Shown here in pieces: positions 1 to 10,770 of a stretch of DNA of 64,000 bases. The stretch is taken from the NCBI GenBank assembly GCA_964019425.1, contig OZ025806.1, positions 496,001-560,000 on the forward strand, read 5' to 3'. Below the pieces are notes generated by a model that did not search any database, was not told where the DNA came from, and worked only from the letters and a program-made list of their open reading frames with translations. Numbering within the stretch: the first letter of the stretch is position 1; each line of letters starts with the position of its first letter. The translations under genes and the position numbers were made by a program. The stretch comes from Flectonema sp. DT1601 (lineage: Eukaryota).

Positions 1-1871
1 GAAACAACACCTAACAACGTTGTAAATATTGAAAAATGAAGCATTCCTTTGATGGTAGGAATTGACGTATTAGTTTGCTGAGGTGGAGTTTTCACAATGA
101 AATTCGAACTATCGAACAAAATAATTAAAGAAACGATACCACCCGTGGCGATAGTCACCCATCTAGTTATCGAATTATACCACATAAACATTATTGAGAC
201 TACAATCAGTTGAACGGTGATGACAAGGGAAGTAGAGTCGCTTGCCGTTATGCGAGATAACGCTATACCGTAAGATGTAAAAACAACATGAATTGGAAGT
301 AATAATTTAAAAAAAAAAGTCCAACTATAAAACAAGGCACTAACCACTGCTACGACGATGAAGAAACCCAAATTTCTGTTGTCACTTACTTGCAGTATCA
401 GTTTGAATAAAAAAAACGAAGCACTCACGGAGAGAATAGGATGACCCTTAATCAAGGAACTAAGAGAAATGTCAAAATTCGGGTTTTCACTTTTATAAAT
501 ACCCGAACACTCCCACATGGTTCCAATTCGCAATGCGATAATCCCAATTTTATTGAATTTTTTTTTAAAACAAGAATAAACCAACACAGAAAGAGCTAAA
601 TAATTATAAAAGTGATGGATTTCCTCTGCATAAGCAGAAGACCATATCGGCAACGACATTGCTATCGAAGTTAAAATTAAACTTTTAGCCGGAGCTAGTG
701 AATAGATGACCGCAATTAATAACAAAAACCCAACCAAAACAACAACTGGATTAGTTGAGATAATAGACACCGTTAGATCATCAGAAAGACTTGATAGTGT
801 CATAAACATCTCGTTCAGATCATTCGTTATATTTACTTCGATAACGGTGTCCAAACACGATCTCAATTGCTCTTGATTACAGCTCATACAATACTGTAGC
901 GACTCAGGTGTGAATACAACAGGCCACAAAACACCATTGTTACATCGCGGGATAGGTAATTTAAGCTGCAATGCAATCGTTGCAGCAATATCAATTTGTT
1001 GAGTGGAAACAGTGTTTCTTGACGGATATGCGGAATACATACTTGTTACGGCTGATTTTTTATGGGAAAGCATCATAGCAACTGCTTCAATTTCAGAGTC
1101 AGAAGCACCGCCATGATTACCTGCTGAAGTCATTCCATGATCAGATAAAACCCAAATAGCAGTTTTTTTTGTATTTAATGACGTCGCTAAGTCGTATATA
1201 ATAGAATCCATTTCTTGTTCTTTTTTTGTCATTTCTTCATTGTCAGATCCAAGATAATGTCCTATGTGATCAATTCCCAAGTAGTGGAGTACTACGATAT
1301 CAGGATGAGACCATTCATCCATTTCTGTCAACTCAGTGATATGTCTGGTTACGTTATTATCAACCTCTGAATAATCAGTTACATTAAAAGAGGAAACAGG
1401 ATCACCTTTGATATTAAATGTTCTGTGCCAAGTATCATCACCATTTACAACTATCGATAAGTTGTGAGAGATTGCTTCCGTGAGTAGGGACGGGGCTGAT
1501 GCAGATTCTCCAAAAAAGTTAAATAAAACATCTGAATAAACTGATGCTCTACCAGAAACAATTGTCTTTATTTTTGGTAACGTCACAGTTGGCGGTTGTG
1601 CTATTGAGACGCTGAGGTGTCCTTTTCCTTCATCCAGTAGTCGACGACATTTTTTAAAATTTCCTCCCTCTTTCAATCTTGAAAATCGAAGACCGTCAAC
1701 CAAAACTATTATAACTTTTTCAGATGGTAATTCGCTGTGGCATTCACTGCAGACATTTTGATCTTTTCCGGTACAACCTTTCCCACCTGTAAGGCCACCG
1801 AACAGTAATCCACACCCTAATAACGTACACAACAATCTGACAAAGTGAAAAATATTTGGTTTTATTTCCAT
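1..1871 (-). CDS. PIGG: GPI ethanolamine phosphate transferase (PIG-G/GPI7-like), 3' end runs off the window
   Basis: Manual translation from ATG at 1871 (absent from the ORF track because truncated) gives KVIIVLVDGLRF, PPTVTLPKIK, GDDTW, VLHYLGIDHIGH, LSDHGMTSAGNHGG and QQIDIAATI, then many TM segments. PTVTLP favours PIG-G over PIG-O. Confidence 0.85.
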   Translation of the reverse strand, partial: MEIKPNIFHFVRLLCTLLGCGLLFGGLTGGKGCTGKDQNVCSECHSELPSEKVIIVLVDGLRFSRLKEGGNFKKCRRLLDEGKGHLSVSIAQPPTVTLPKIKTIVSGRASVYSDVLFNFFGESASAPSLLTEAISHNLSIVVNGDDTWHRTFNIKGDPVSSFNVTDYSEVDNNVTRHITELTEMDEWSHPDIVVLHYLGIDHIGHYLGSDNEEMTKKEQEMDSIIYDLATSLNTKKTAIWVLSDHGMTSAGNHGGASDSEIEAVAMMLSHKKSAVTSMYSAYPSRNTVSTQQIDIAATIALQLKLPIPRCNNGVLWPVVFTPESLQYCMSCNQEQLRSCLDTVIEVNITNDLNEMFMTLSSLSDDLTVSIISTNPVVVLVGFLLLIAVIYSLAPAKSLILTSIAMSLPIWSSAYAEEIHHFYNYLALSVLVYSCFKKKFNKIGIIALRIGTMWECSGIYKSENPNFDISLSSLIKGHPILSVSASFFLFKLILQVSDNRNLGFFIVVAVVSALFYSWTFFFKLLLPIHVVFTSYGIALSRITASDSTSLVITVQLIVVSIMFMWYNSITRWVTIATGGIVSLIILFDSSNFIVKTPPQQTNTSIPTIKGMLHFSIFTTLLGVV

Positions 1872-1876
1872 GTTGC

Positions 1877-1900
1877 CTGAAAAGAATAAGAATTGATTTA
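1877..1900 (-). promoter_or_regulatory. Putative spliced-leader trans-splice acceptor (representative example)
   Basis: TTCTTATTCTTTTCAG|GCAACATG. Similar pyrimidine+CAG sites precede other starts at 4836, 27554, 28586, 33615, 39661, 44990 and 63360. Confidence 0.55.
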
Positions 1901-2671
1901 TAAGAAATACACGAATTTAATTGTTATTATTATTATTATTGTCACTTGAGCTGTCAAACCATCACTTACGAAAAGACTAAAATAAGGGGTCAATTAAAAA
2001 GGCTTAAACAAAACAAAACAAAAGAAATAATCGTAAATAACGGTTTGCTTTGTGGACCACTGACTATGAGGCCAACACAAAGCATAGATGCTAACAAAAG
2101 GTTAATCTGTTAAAGAGGTTTTTAAAACCATTCTCTTCCAAACCTACCAATGCGTAACAGATTTGATTGCATCGAAGACTGAAACCGACAGCATGCGAAG
2201 AATAAAAAAAATAAAAAAAGTAAAAGACCAAAGTAAAGGCAAGAAATAACCGCCGCCACGATGAGTTAACTCAATAGAGTAAACCTTTCAACGAGATTCA
2301 CATGATAGGACCAGAATAAGAATTGAACCTGACGTGTTTGATTGTTTGGAGCAGCGTTTTTTAATTATTTGATACTCTACAAGGTACACGACAGCATGCA
2401 AACTTCTATCCATTTTACACTTTTAAAGACAACCAATTTTTTCTCAGATAGAATTCCAACTTTCTTTTCTTTTGAAGACAAAGGCGAATTAAAAAAGTGT
2501 AAATAAATCGGGATAACATTAAGGTAACTTGTGTAAATGGGAATAATAAAAAAAAGAGATCGAATGGAAATTCGAAAGGTAAAATAAGAAATCAAACGAA
2601 CTATTGGCAACGGTGTAAATTTGAGCGTAAAAGTTTAGCCGAGAAGGGACTTGAAAGTGTTTGTTTAACCC

Positions 2672-4831
2672 TCACTGGATGTCCTCAAGGACGTCTTCTA
2701 GAACTGGATTGTCTTTATGAATGCTGTTGTTGTTTTGTCGTTGCAGTTTCGACCTCGCTGCTCTCGCACGACCATGACGTTTCCAAGATCCTATCTTTCT
2801 AGTAAGATTAAATGCATTTAGTTTATGAGGTGAATTATCACTCGATACGACCGCCTCATCTATCTGAATATTACATTCACCAATGATGACATGTGTACAG
2901 TTACCTTTGGGTGATTCGGTTGACTCACCACAAGAAGATTCAAGTGATTGACAGTAGAGTTGGTTATCAAGTTCTTTCATTCTATTTTCAATCTCTTCCT
3001 GAATAGCTCTGTAAAATTGACTGTTTTCATGTCTTCGTTGAATTGATAAGAAATCTTGTTTTGTTAGGACGAACAATTCGCTTGCAGTTACGGTTTTCGC
3101 AGCTGCTGTCCTCCTAGTGTCTCGCAGTATTGCTATTTCACCAAACCAAGATCCATCATGAAGAAGAGCAACTCGGTGATCAATTCCGTTTTTTCGTACG
3201 AAAATTTCAACAGTTCCGACCGACAAGAAAAACATTTCCCTCCCGGCCTCATCCGTTTCGATTATAGGAACATTCGCTTCCACAACATGCCGAATTAGTT
3301 TAGCCGCGAGTTCCAATAAAATAGGTTTCTCTGCTCCTCTAAACATCGGTACCTGAGAAATCATATTTAACCTCATAGCTAGTGTTATTCGACTTTGTAA
3401 ACTTGGTGGGAATGCTCGTAATATTTCAGTATGTTGCATACATGTATCACCGAATATTAGGGGGTACAATGCATACGCTTCTTTTTTAATCTCTTGAGGG
3501 ATTTCATAGCGATTGAGAAGTTGGAGAACTATGTTTCGAGTTTTCCTTTGTTTCTTACCAAGAACGTCTTTGGCCATGAAATAAACTGAAACATTACCAA
3601 CAAACCAAGCATACGAACCACTGCCTACTAACATTACGATCGTGGTGTAGATTCTGAAACTTGGAGTATCGTTGTAGGTTGAGAGGTCACCAAATCCAAC
3701 ACTCGAAGTAGTTTGAACCGCCCAGTAGATTGCTTCAATATAATAATCACTAGTTGATCCATCAGCTGACCGAAACAACATATAAATCACAGCAATAATA
3801 TGATGACTGATCACTATAAACAAAGCTGCAGACAATATTTCATAACGACGAGGGCTGTCTAACGGATTGGAAGATCTAAACATTGATGGTGATCGAAGAA
3901 TTTTCAACAACCGAAGCACTTGCGCGAGACGATACCCACGTAAAGACACTGTCGCTAATAATATAAAGTCAAATGGGACTATGGTTCCCAAATCGAAAGG
4001 AAACCATCCCCTTAAATATCTCTCTCTAACATAAGTAGTATCATTGTCGTACAATTGAAATCCATTTAGTTGAGCAGTTTTAAACCTCGAAGCGATGAAG
4101 ACAATGGAAAAAACAGTTGCGAGTATCAAAAAAGACAACTCACCCACACTTGGATCGTCATCCCAAACTCCAGTACACATTATACACGAGATTAACATGA
4201 ATTCACCACATATAAGAAGTTGGTATATAACTTCAATACTTGTAATGCACGGATGTTCGGGTAACAACAATTCCTGATGGGCAGTGATGGCTGATGCTTC
4301 AAATGCAGGTCGCGTACTATCGTCTGAGTCAGGACGAGAATGTTGTGTCAACACTTCTAACGGAGATATTGGAGAAGAAACATCATTTTCTAGAGGTAGT
4401 GGTGGGAGTGGTGGTAGAGCTCCACTCTGCTCAGAACATTCCGAATCAGCTCGGAATGAAGTGATAGTTTCCAACGGACTACCTCCAAATGCGCAGACAT
4501 TTGCTTTTGTTTTTGTACGTTTTTTGTTTTTCGTTTTCGATTTCCAAGCATCAGCATTTGGTCCCCACCTCCCCCATGAACCACTCACTGATGATATCGA
4601 GTCATCAATAACTATTTCATCATGTTTTACAATCGAGTTTATTTTCGAATCGATTCCAAATAACACCTTTTCAAATGTTTGCATTCTTTCAACCATAGCC
4701 ATTAATAATAAATTACTATTAGTAGCACTCTGTTGATCATTCCATGATTGCTCTGTTTTATGAGGCTTCACAAATGAAGTGGGTAACTCTCCTAATGACT
4801 CCTCCGATGAACCTTCTGTGTTGACAGACAT
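2672..4831 (-). CDS. Six-TM K+ channel with cyclic-nucleotide-binding domain (KCNH/CNG/HCN superfamily)
   Basis: S4 RGYRLAQVLRLLKILR, pore YWAVQTTSSVGFGD, CNBD GSWFGEIAILRDTRRTA. Likely start MSVNTE at 4831, just after a pyrimidine tract and CAG. The ORF-track extension to 5050 is translated homopolymer. Confidence 0.9.
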   Translation of the reverse strand: MSVNTEGSSEESLGELPTSFVKPHKTEQSWNDQQSATNSNLLLMAMVERMQTFEKVLFGIDSKINSIVKHDEIVIDDSISSVSGSWGRWGPNADAWKSKTKNKKRTKTKANVCAFGGSPLETITSFRADSECSEQSGALPPLPPLPLENDVSSPISPLEVLTQHSRPDSDDSTRPAFEASAITAHQELLLPEHPCITSIEVIYQLLICGEFMLISCIMCTGVWDDDPSVGELSFLILATVFSIVFIASRFKTAQLNGFQLYDNDTTYVRERYLRGWFPFDLGTIVPFDFILLATVSLRGYRLAQVLRLLKILRSPSMFRSSNPLDSPRRYEILSAALFIVISHHIIAVIYMLFRSADGSTSDYYIEAIYWAVQTTSSVGFGDLSTYNDTPSFRIYTTIVMLVGSGSYAWFVGNVSVYFMAKDVLGKKQRKTRNIVLQLLNRYEIPQEIKKEAYALYPLIFGDTCMQHTEILRAFPPSLQSRITLAMRLNMISQVPMFRGAEKPILLELAAKLIRHVVEANVPIIETDEAGREMFFLSVGTVEIFVRKNGIDHRVALLHDGSWFGEIAILRDTRRTAAAKTVTASELFVLTKQDFLSIQRRHENSQFYRAIQEEIENRMKELDNQLYCQSLESSCGESTESPKGNCTHVIIGECNIQIDEAVVSSDNSPHKLNAFNLTRKIGSWKRHGRARAARSKLQRQNNNSIHKDNPVLEDVLEDIQ

Positions 4832-4914
4832 GTCTGAGTGAGAAAAGAAAAAAAATATATAAAATGAAAAATAAGAATATTGAAGAAGAACATGATAGCA
4901 GTGAACATTTCTTC

Positions 4915-4945
<31 letters not shown>

Positions 4946-5261
4946 TGCAGAAATGAAATGTGTGCTCAAAAAAAAAAAAGAAAAGAAAAAAGAAAAAAAG
5001 GGGGCTTTAAAACCAATTATTATGTGAATGCAATAAAAAAGGGCAAACACCCGTTAGTTGAATGTTTTCCATTATTTTTTTATTTTTTTTTCCCCTTTTC
5101 CTTTCTTTCAAAACAAAACAAACCAAAAAATAATAAAGCGTAACTAATCTCTAGAACACACAACAACATTTACAGCCTCGCGTTGATTCTGCTTTTCTGC
5201 GCAAACACCGAAACGTAACCTAGTAATAAATTAAAGAGTTCCTGCAATGTCGGAGAGCCGG

Positions 5262-5648
5262 TCAGTAATTAAAATATCTTGCTGTGAACGCAGCGAGTGC
5301 TGGGATGTGAGTCTTTGCGATTCCTAATACAATAAGTCCCGAGACTAAACCAATTAGTACAAAACAGGTTAGCTTTGGGAAGAATGCATTTCTATTATAG
5401 CATTCAGCCATTAGAAAAGTATTATCACTAATAACGCACTGTCCTAATTCGTTCGGGAACGTTCTCTTCCATTCGTCTGTCGTGCAGTCACCACAACTAG
5501 CTATAGGATATGTTCCTTTCATTGGTTTACAGTCCCAGGGACTGCAACATCGACAGGCACACACCAACGCTGAGGACCCCTCACCTGCTGTACTGCTCAA
5601 AACTGATAACAATAATATCGTGGTAAATAATATTTTAGTGGTGTTCAT
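5262..5648 (-). CDS. Small Cys-rich membrane protein (signal peptide, C-terminal TM helix), function unknown
   Basis: 128 aa. Hydrophobic N-terminus, CACRCC...C...CGDC...C...C pattern, C-terminal hydrophobic helix. Confidence 0.75.
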   Translation of the reverse strand: MNTTKILFTTILLLSVLSSTAGEGSSALVCACRCCSPWDCKPMKGTYPIASCGDCTTDEWKRTFPNELGQCVISDNTFLMAECYNRNAFFPKLTCFVLIGLVSGLIVLGIAKTHIPALAAFTARYFNY

Positions 5649-6804
5649 TTTATTTTTTTTATTTTTTTTTATTTTTTTAAAAATTCCTTTTTTAAAAATA
5701 AAAAAAAATAAAAAAAAGATTAAAAACAGATAAAAAAAGAGGGGAAAATAAAACAGAATCTACTGCTCATGGTTTTGTGTACCTGTACATGTGATAAAAG
5801 TGAGAAGGAAAAAAAAGATTTAACACAATGCAACAAGATGAATTTAAAAAATTTATAAAAAAAAAAGCGAGTACAAAAAAATTCTAGTAACGTGTAGCCG
5901 GGTAGAATATTATTTCACCGACTTGTTTTATTTCATTGAATGAAATTGGAGAAGAGGCTATTTATAAAGAGAAAAAGAAGGGGGGGAAAAAAAGGGGGGG
6001 GGAAATCCTAATTCCCGCAAAAAACAAAGCAAATCAGTCGTTAACAAGTCGACATATTTATGTTTTATTAAAAATAAAATAAAGGGAAGGTACTTGAGAT
6101 ACAATTATTATTATTATTATTATTATTTTTTTTAAAAAACCCATTAAAACACTTTAATAAAAATAAGTGTGAAGAATGAACTACTACCGCCTCGTGAATC
6201 TAATTAGGGGGTGGGAGGGAAGGGACACTGAAAGAGCATCTACTGTGACCTTACAGTTTTCGATTTAACAAAAAAAAAAAAAGTTTTACAACCAGCGCTT
6301 CACAAGATAACCACGGGGGGGACAGGGGGGGGGTGTGCGCGTTTAGGAAAGATTCTTTGTTGTTGTTTTTTTTTAAAATAAAAAAATAAATAATGCTACT
6401 GCTACTACTACCTGGATTACAACATAAAACAATCATCCACAGCGTCACACTGAGGAGATAGTATTAGCTAAACGACAGCAGGTATTTCCTAATAATACAT
6501 TTTCCTTCTCTCCAACTCTCTACAAAAATATTAATATTGTTGAGGACGGTGGTTTCTTCTATTTTCTTTTTTTTTTTAAATTTAGCAATGAGGTTTCTCA
6601 CAAACCCTATCTTACCAAGAGTTTGACGAAGGGGGAAAGGGAAAGAGAAAGAAAGAAAAAAAATATCCCTCTTATAATACAACACAGTCATTGCTTCACA
6701 AACAAAATCTTTTTTTTTGTGTTTAGTCCGTTCCTGCGGAAAGCCTCGGCTGGTAATGTGACTACAGTTTGAAGGAATCATCTGTTCTGCTTAGATGTTC
6801 AGGG

Positions 6805-6841
<37 letters not shown>

Positions 6842-6926
6842 CAGGGTTGATTTGTTTGATTTATAAAATACAAACTGTAATTGTATCTCAACATAAAAAA
6901 ACGATAATTTTAACGAGTTGCTAAAG

Positions 6927-7043
6927 ACAGTGGACTATAGTGAATATTAAACTCACTCATTCTTTTTTTTTTTTTTTTTTTTAATTAAACCGGTTTCGAG
7001 AGAGTGAATCAATCTTTCTCTATGCTCTCATCAGTATGGTGTA
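6927..7043 (-). repeat. Dispersed repeat copy 1 with hammerhead-like core
   Basis: Aligns by eye with 40025-40130. Minus strand reads CCATA-CTGATGA-GAG…CTC-GAAAC-CGGTT. Confidence 0.6.
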
Positions 7044-7161
7044 TTTGTTTTTGTTTTTTGTTTGTGTGTGCACTTTCTTTTTTACTTCTAAATAAAAAAT
7101 ATAAAAAAAAAAAAAGGAAAGAACCAGAAAGCTAATAAGTTTATCATAATAAATTTACTTT

Positions 7162-8766
7162 CTATGGAAACGGTACTCCGCTAAGACCAGGTGTTTTTGC
7201 GTAGCCTTGACTGCGTTTAGAAGAGCGTTTTAATGCAGTTTCAGGAATGAAAACGGTTATTCCCCGAGTTCCATTCACAGATGACCAACCTTCCTCAGTA
7301 TCCGGCATCAGTATAGGCTGTGAAGTGTCAATATCGAATATATTACTAGCAGGATGCTGAACAGATTGTAACCCTTGCATAGAAGTGTTACTGTGTTGAT
7401 GCATTGGAGGAAGTGGAGAACGACGACTTCTCTGAGGAGTAATCGAATTGCTTTGTTGAAATTGCTGTTGTTGTTGGCGCTCAAATATATCAGAGCCCAG
7501 AGTGACATCACCAAGTAATGGTCTGATAGGACTCTCTGCTGGTCTTTGGTATCCTTGTTGTTGATGCTGCTGTTGATGTTGCTGCAGTAATTGTCGTTGT
7601 TGCTGCTGCAACTGCTGCGGCTGTTGTTGCTGTTGCTGCAACTGCTGATGCTGCTGCGGCTGTTGTTGCTGTTGCTGCAACTGTTGCGGCTGTTGTTGTT
7701 GTAATTGCTGCAACTGCTGATGCTGCTGCGGCTGTTGCTGCTGCTGCAACTGCGGAGATGAATCAGCTATTTGATGGCTTTGAGGAATATAAGGACTTGG
7801 AACTCCAGTACTTCTTTGTGGGCTCATAAGTCGCTGTTGCTGTTGTTGTTGTTGTTGTTGTTGTTGTTGTGCCGGTTGCTGCTGACCACTCGCCTGTGAG
7901 TCTGGAGGACGAACAACACGAATCTCATCTTTGTTGTTTGGATCAAATAGTCTTCTGTAAATCTGAGACACTTTATAAGTGCTAAACATTTCTTCTGATC
8001 CCAAAGCAGTAAAGAGAGCCACAGCAATATTCTGTTGACGCTGAGTGTCGCGAGCCCTAATAGCGTAGTCACACTTAACAGACCATTCTGCATCCACAAG
8101 TTTAGGATCATTTATAATTGGGTAGGCATCATCTCCTCGTTCATCATTTACTTCTATTTTATTGTAATGCAGAACAACAGCTTTAATTGCCCCAGGGAAT
8201 ATCTGTAATAAGATATCTTCTCTTCTTACTCCATTACCAACTTCACTAATAATGTCATCTCTCAAAGCGTCTAAGAAAGGAACAACATGTTTTGCTCGGT
8301 GTTTATGAGCTTCATATTTAGCATAGTTGACACCCTCCATGTGTAAGCTACCCCTGACTACCGGTTCGTATGGTCCAAAGAATGCAGAGACTGGATCCAT
8401 CTGACGATCTGACTGAGGGTTGACCCGATCTTCAGGAGCTCTATCAAAAGTATCGAATCCTTTGGATAATAAATTAGCTACGGAATTTGGAACACCTGAA
8501 GCAAAAGGAACAGTTGCTGCCTTAGGTTGTAAGTCAGCATTAGGATGTGATGGGTGTGACGGAGGTAACTTTACATGATCTCTGTCTTCTCTGTTGTAGT
8601 CATAACGACCTGATGCTGATCCCCGACGAGATCTCGACCGTCTTCGAGAACTTGGGCGATATTCTGATGGAATTCTAACTTCAGAAGGTATGCGAGCATC
8701 TGAGGGAATGCGAGCATCTGAGGGTATGTGAGCATCTGAAGGCAAATTGTGAATCCTGGACGTCAT
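7162..8766 (-). CDS. Hypothetical protein with IPSDAR repeats, central globular region and Gln-rich region
   Basis: Long ORF on the coding strand. First ATG at 8766 follows an acceptor-like CAG. Confidence 0.75.
   Translation of the reverse strand: MTSRIHNLPSDAHIPSDARIPSDARIPSEVRIPSEYRPSSRRRSRSRRGSASGRYDYNREDRDHVKLPPSHPSHPNADLQPKAATVPFASGVPNSVANLLSKGFDTFDRAPEDRVNPQSDRQMDPVSAFFGPYEPVVRGSLHMEGVNYAKYEAHKHRAKHVVPFLDALRDDIISEVGNGVRREDILLQIFPGAIKAVVLHYNKIEVNDERGDDAYPIINDPKLVDAEWSVKCDYAIRARDTQRQQNIAVALFTALGSEEMFSTYKVSQIYRRLFDPNNKDEIRVVRPPDSQASGQQQPAQQQQQQQQQQQQRLMSPQRSTGVPSPYIPQSHQIADSSPQLQQQQQPQQHQQLQQLQQQQPQQLQQQQQQPQQHQQLQQQQQQPQQLQQQQRQLLQQHQQQHQQQGYQRPAESPIRPLLGDVTLGSDIFERQQQQQFQQSNSITPQRSRRSPLPPMHQHSNTSMQGLQSVQHPASNIFDIDTSQPILMPDTEEGWSSVNGTRGITVFIPETALKRSSKRSQGYAKTPGLSGVPFP
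8666..8745 (-). repeat. 18-nt coding tandem repeat, about 4 copies (LPSDAH/IPSDAR/IPSDAR/IPSEVR)
   Basis: Visible in both the DNA and the translation. Confidence 0.8.
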
Positions 8767-9021
8767 ACTAGTGATAAACCCTGCTGTGAGAAATGATGTA
8801 ATAATTATCAAAGGTATTTTAATATAAATTAAAAAAAAAAATCATATAATTTTTCGGCAAGAATACAAAAAAGAAATCTACAAAAAAAGGGGAAAAAAAA
8901 AGAAGAAAATAACGATAAACAGTAATAAAATAATAACTAATTACTACAAAAAGTTTGTTGAAGAAAAAAGCCTAGCATAATATTAATAACAAAAAAAAAA
9001 AAAAAGTCGGATTAAAATCTA

Positions 9022-10770
9022 TTATATTCCCGGAGGTCGAGTGCCTACACTCGAAGTGTAGGAATAAGAATGTTGCATACTGGGAGCGTGATGGGATGCT
9101 GTTGAATAATTTGATACTGATCGCGCAGGACCCCCAGGTGAACCCGGAGTGTTACCACCAGTAACAAGACTACGAATATCAGACACTTGTTGAAGCATTT
9201 GTTGTTTTGTGAAAACCGTTCCAGAACCATCTTTTTCGAGAGTTTTCAAATCCTTCGCAAGTGTTGCCAATTTATCATGGACTGACAGACGTGTTTCTAA
9301 GTCTCTTGAAACGGACATCTGTTCATCAGCTGCAGATGCTGCTGCCTGAAGAGTCTCTTCAATACAAGGAGTTACAAGAGATCTGTCAACTTCTTCTCCA
9401 AGGTATTCCTTGCCTGTTAATTTAGCGACTATAGCACCAAGAGTATCATCAGCAGAAATAGACACATGTGGAGTTCCAGGAGACAAAACAGCTGAGGGAA
9501 ACACTGCTGAACGAGTTGGCAGTTGTTTTGCTACAGAATTGCGAAATCTTCTCATCGGTGACTCTCTTTCTTTATCTCTCGCTTGTTTTTCATACATACT
9601 TACCATAGGAGGGGGTAGTACCGGTAGTGGTGGAGGTACGATGGAAGGTATTTCTATAACGCTGGTCTTTGCCTCATCCGTAAGCTCCTTCTGAAGTTTT
9701 AATATTTCTTGTTCAAGTCTTTTTTCACGATCACCAGATGCTTTGAGAAGTTTTGACAGTCGTGTGGACTCCTTTTTCGCTTCTTTTCCGCTCGCAATAT
9801 CGTCTTTCATCAATTTGATGTCTTCTTGTAGTCGATCGCATTGAGTTTCCGATCGTTCCAGTCGTGAGCGGAGATCTTCATTTTCTCTTTGCAGCATTGC
9901 ATTCTCAACTGTCTGTATGTCTTTTGTTTGTGAAACTGTTTTTGTTTCGGTATGTGCTCGAGATAAAGCCTCTTGTAGTTCCTTACACTCATTACGAAGT
10001 AGTTCAGCCGCCATTCCCTGACGCTGGGGTTCGACTGTTTGAGACTTTGGAGGTTGGAGTGGTGGCGGTGGTGGTGGTGGTGGAGGTGGAGGTGGTGGCG
10101 GTGGAGCATTTTGCTGTGCCATGTTCCTCAATTCATCCTCAATAGGTGGTGGTAATCCAACAGGTGATGAGGGTTCTATTTTAGGTGAAGGTGGGAGTTG
10201 TCCACCTCCTCCTCTCATCGCAGTTTTAAAATTATCAATTCTAGAAGTTGTCTGACCTAATTGATGATGTTGATTAGCATATTGAGTTGGTGCTGCTTGA
10301 GGTCGGTACCAGTCCATCATACGAAGTTCCCTTTCTGTTTCTTCGTGGATGGCACGCTCTAGTCTGTCGACTTCATATTTTCTTGTGACTTGAAATAGTT
10401 TCTCATCGACGTACATTCCTTTGGGATAGTCAGCTGGTTTTTCAGACATTTTCAATCTCAGAGATCCTGTTGCCAACGCTTGTTGTACATCAGGATGAGA
10501 GACTACATCACACAACCCGTGAAGGTATCCAGCCTTGCATTCTAATCCTCCAATTACATCCAATCGAAACTGTGGAGCGTCTAAGTCTACTTGCATTTCA
10601 TCTTTCAAAGCAGCACAGCAATACGCAATAACACTTGCTGCGGTATTTCCTGATACCATAGTTACCTTTAGCTCTGCAGCACCGTGTTCTTCATCTTCAT
10701 AAATCACTTGTGCAATGACATCGTGATTAACAGGCATTGGGGAGTCACCCCGAATGCTGCTCGTAGGCAT
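9022..10770 (-). CDS. Hypothetical protein with poly-proline tract and coiled coil
   Basis: 582-aa ORF with a poly-P run and a heptad-rich E/K/L segment. Confidence 0.8.
   Translation of the reverse strand: MPTSSIRGDSPMPVNHDVIAQVIYEDEEHGAAELKVTMVSGNTAASVIAYCCAALKDEMQVDLDAPQFRLDVIGGLECKAGYLHGLCDVVSHPDVQQALATGSLRLKMSEKPADYPKGMYVDEKLFQVTRKYEVDRLERAIHEETERELRMMDWYRPQAAPTQYANQHHQLGQTTSRIDNFKTAMRGGGGQLPPSPKIEPSSPVGLPPPIEDELRNMAQQNAPPPPPPPPPPPPPPPLQPPKSQTVEPQRQGMAAELLRNECKELQEALSRAHTETKTVSQTKDIQTVENAMLQRENEDLRSRLERSETQCDRLQEDIKLMKDDIASGKEAKKESTRLSKLLKASGDREKRLEQEILKLQKELTDEAKTSVIEIPSIVPPPLPVLPPPMVSMYEKQARDKERESPMRRFRNSVAKQLPTRSAVFPSAVLSPGTPHVSISADDTLGAIVAKLTGKEYLGEEVDRSLVTPCIEETLQAAASAADEQMSVSRDLETRLSVHDKLATLAKDLKTLEKDGSGTVFTKQQMLQQVSDIRSLVTGGNTPGSPGGPARSVSNYSTASHHAPSMQHSYSYTSSVGTRPPGI

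Noticed and set aside
4832..5050. N-terminal extensions in the ORF track (also 24407-24481, 8767-8811, 29912-29941)
   Set aside because: They begin at non-ATG codons and mostly run through homopolymer or acceptor sequence. The downstream ATGs fit better.
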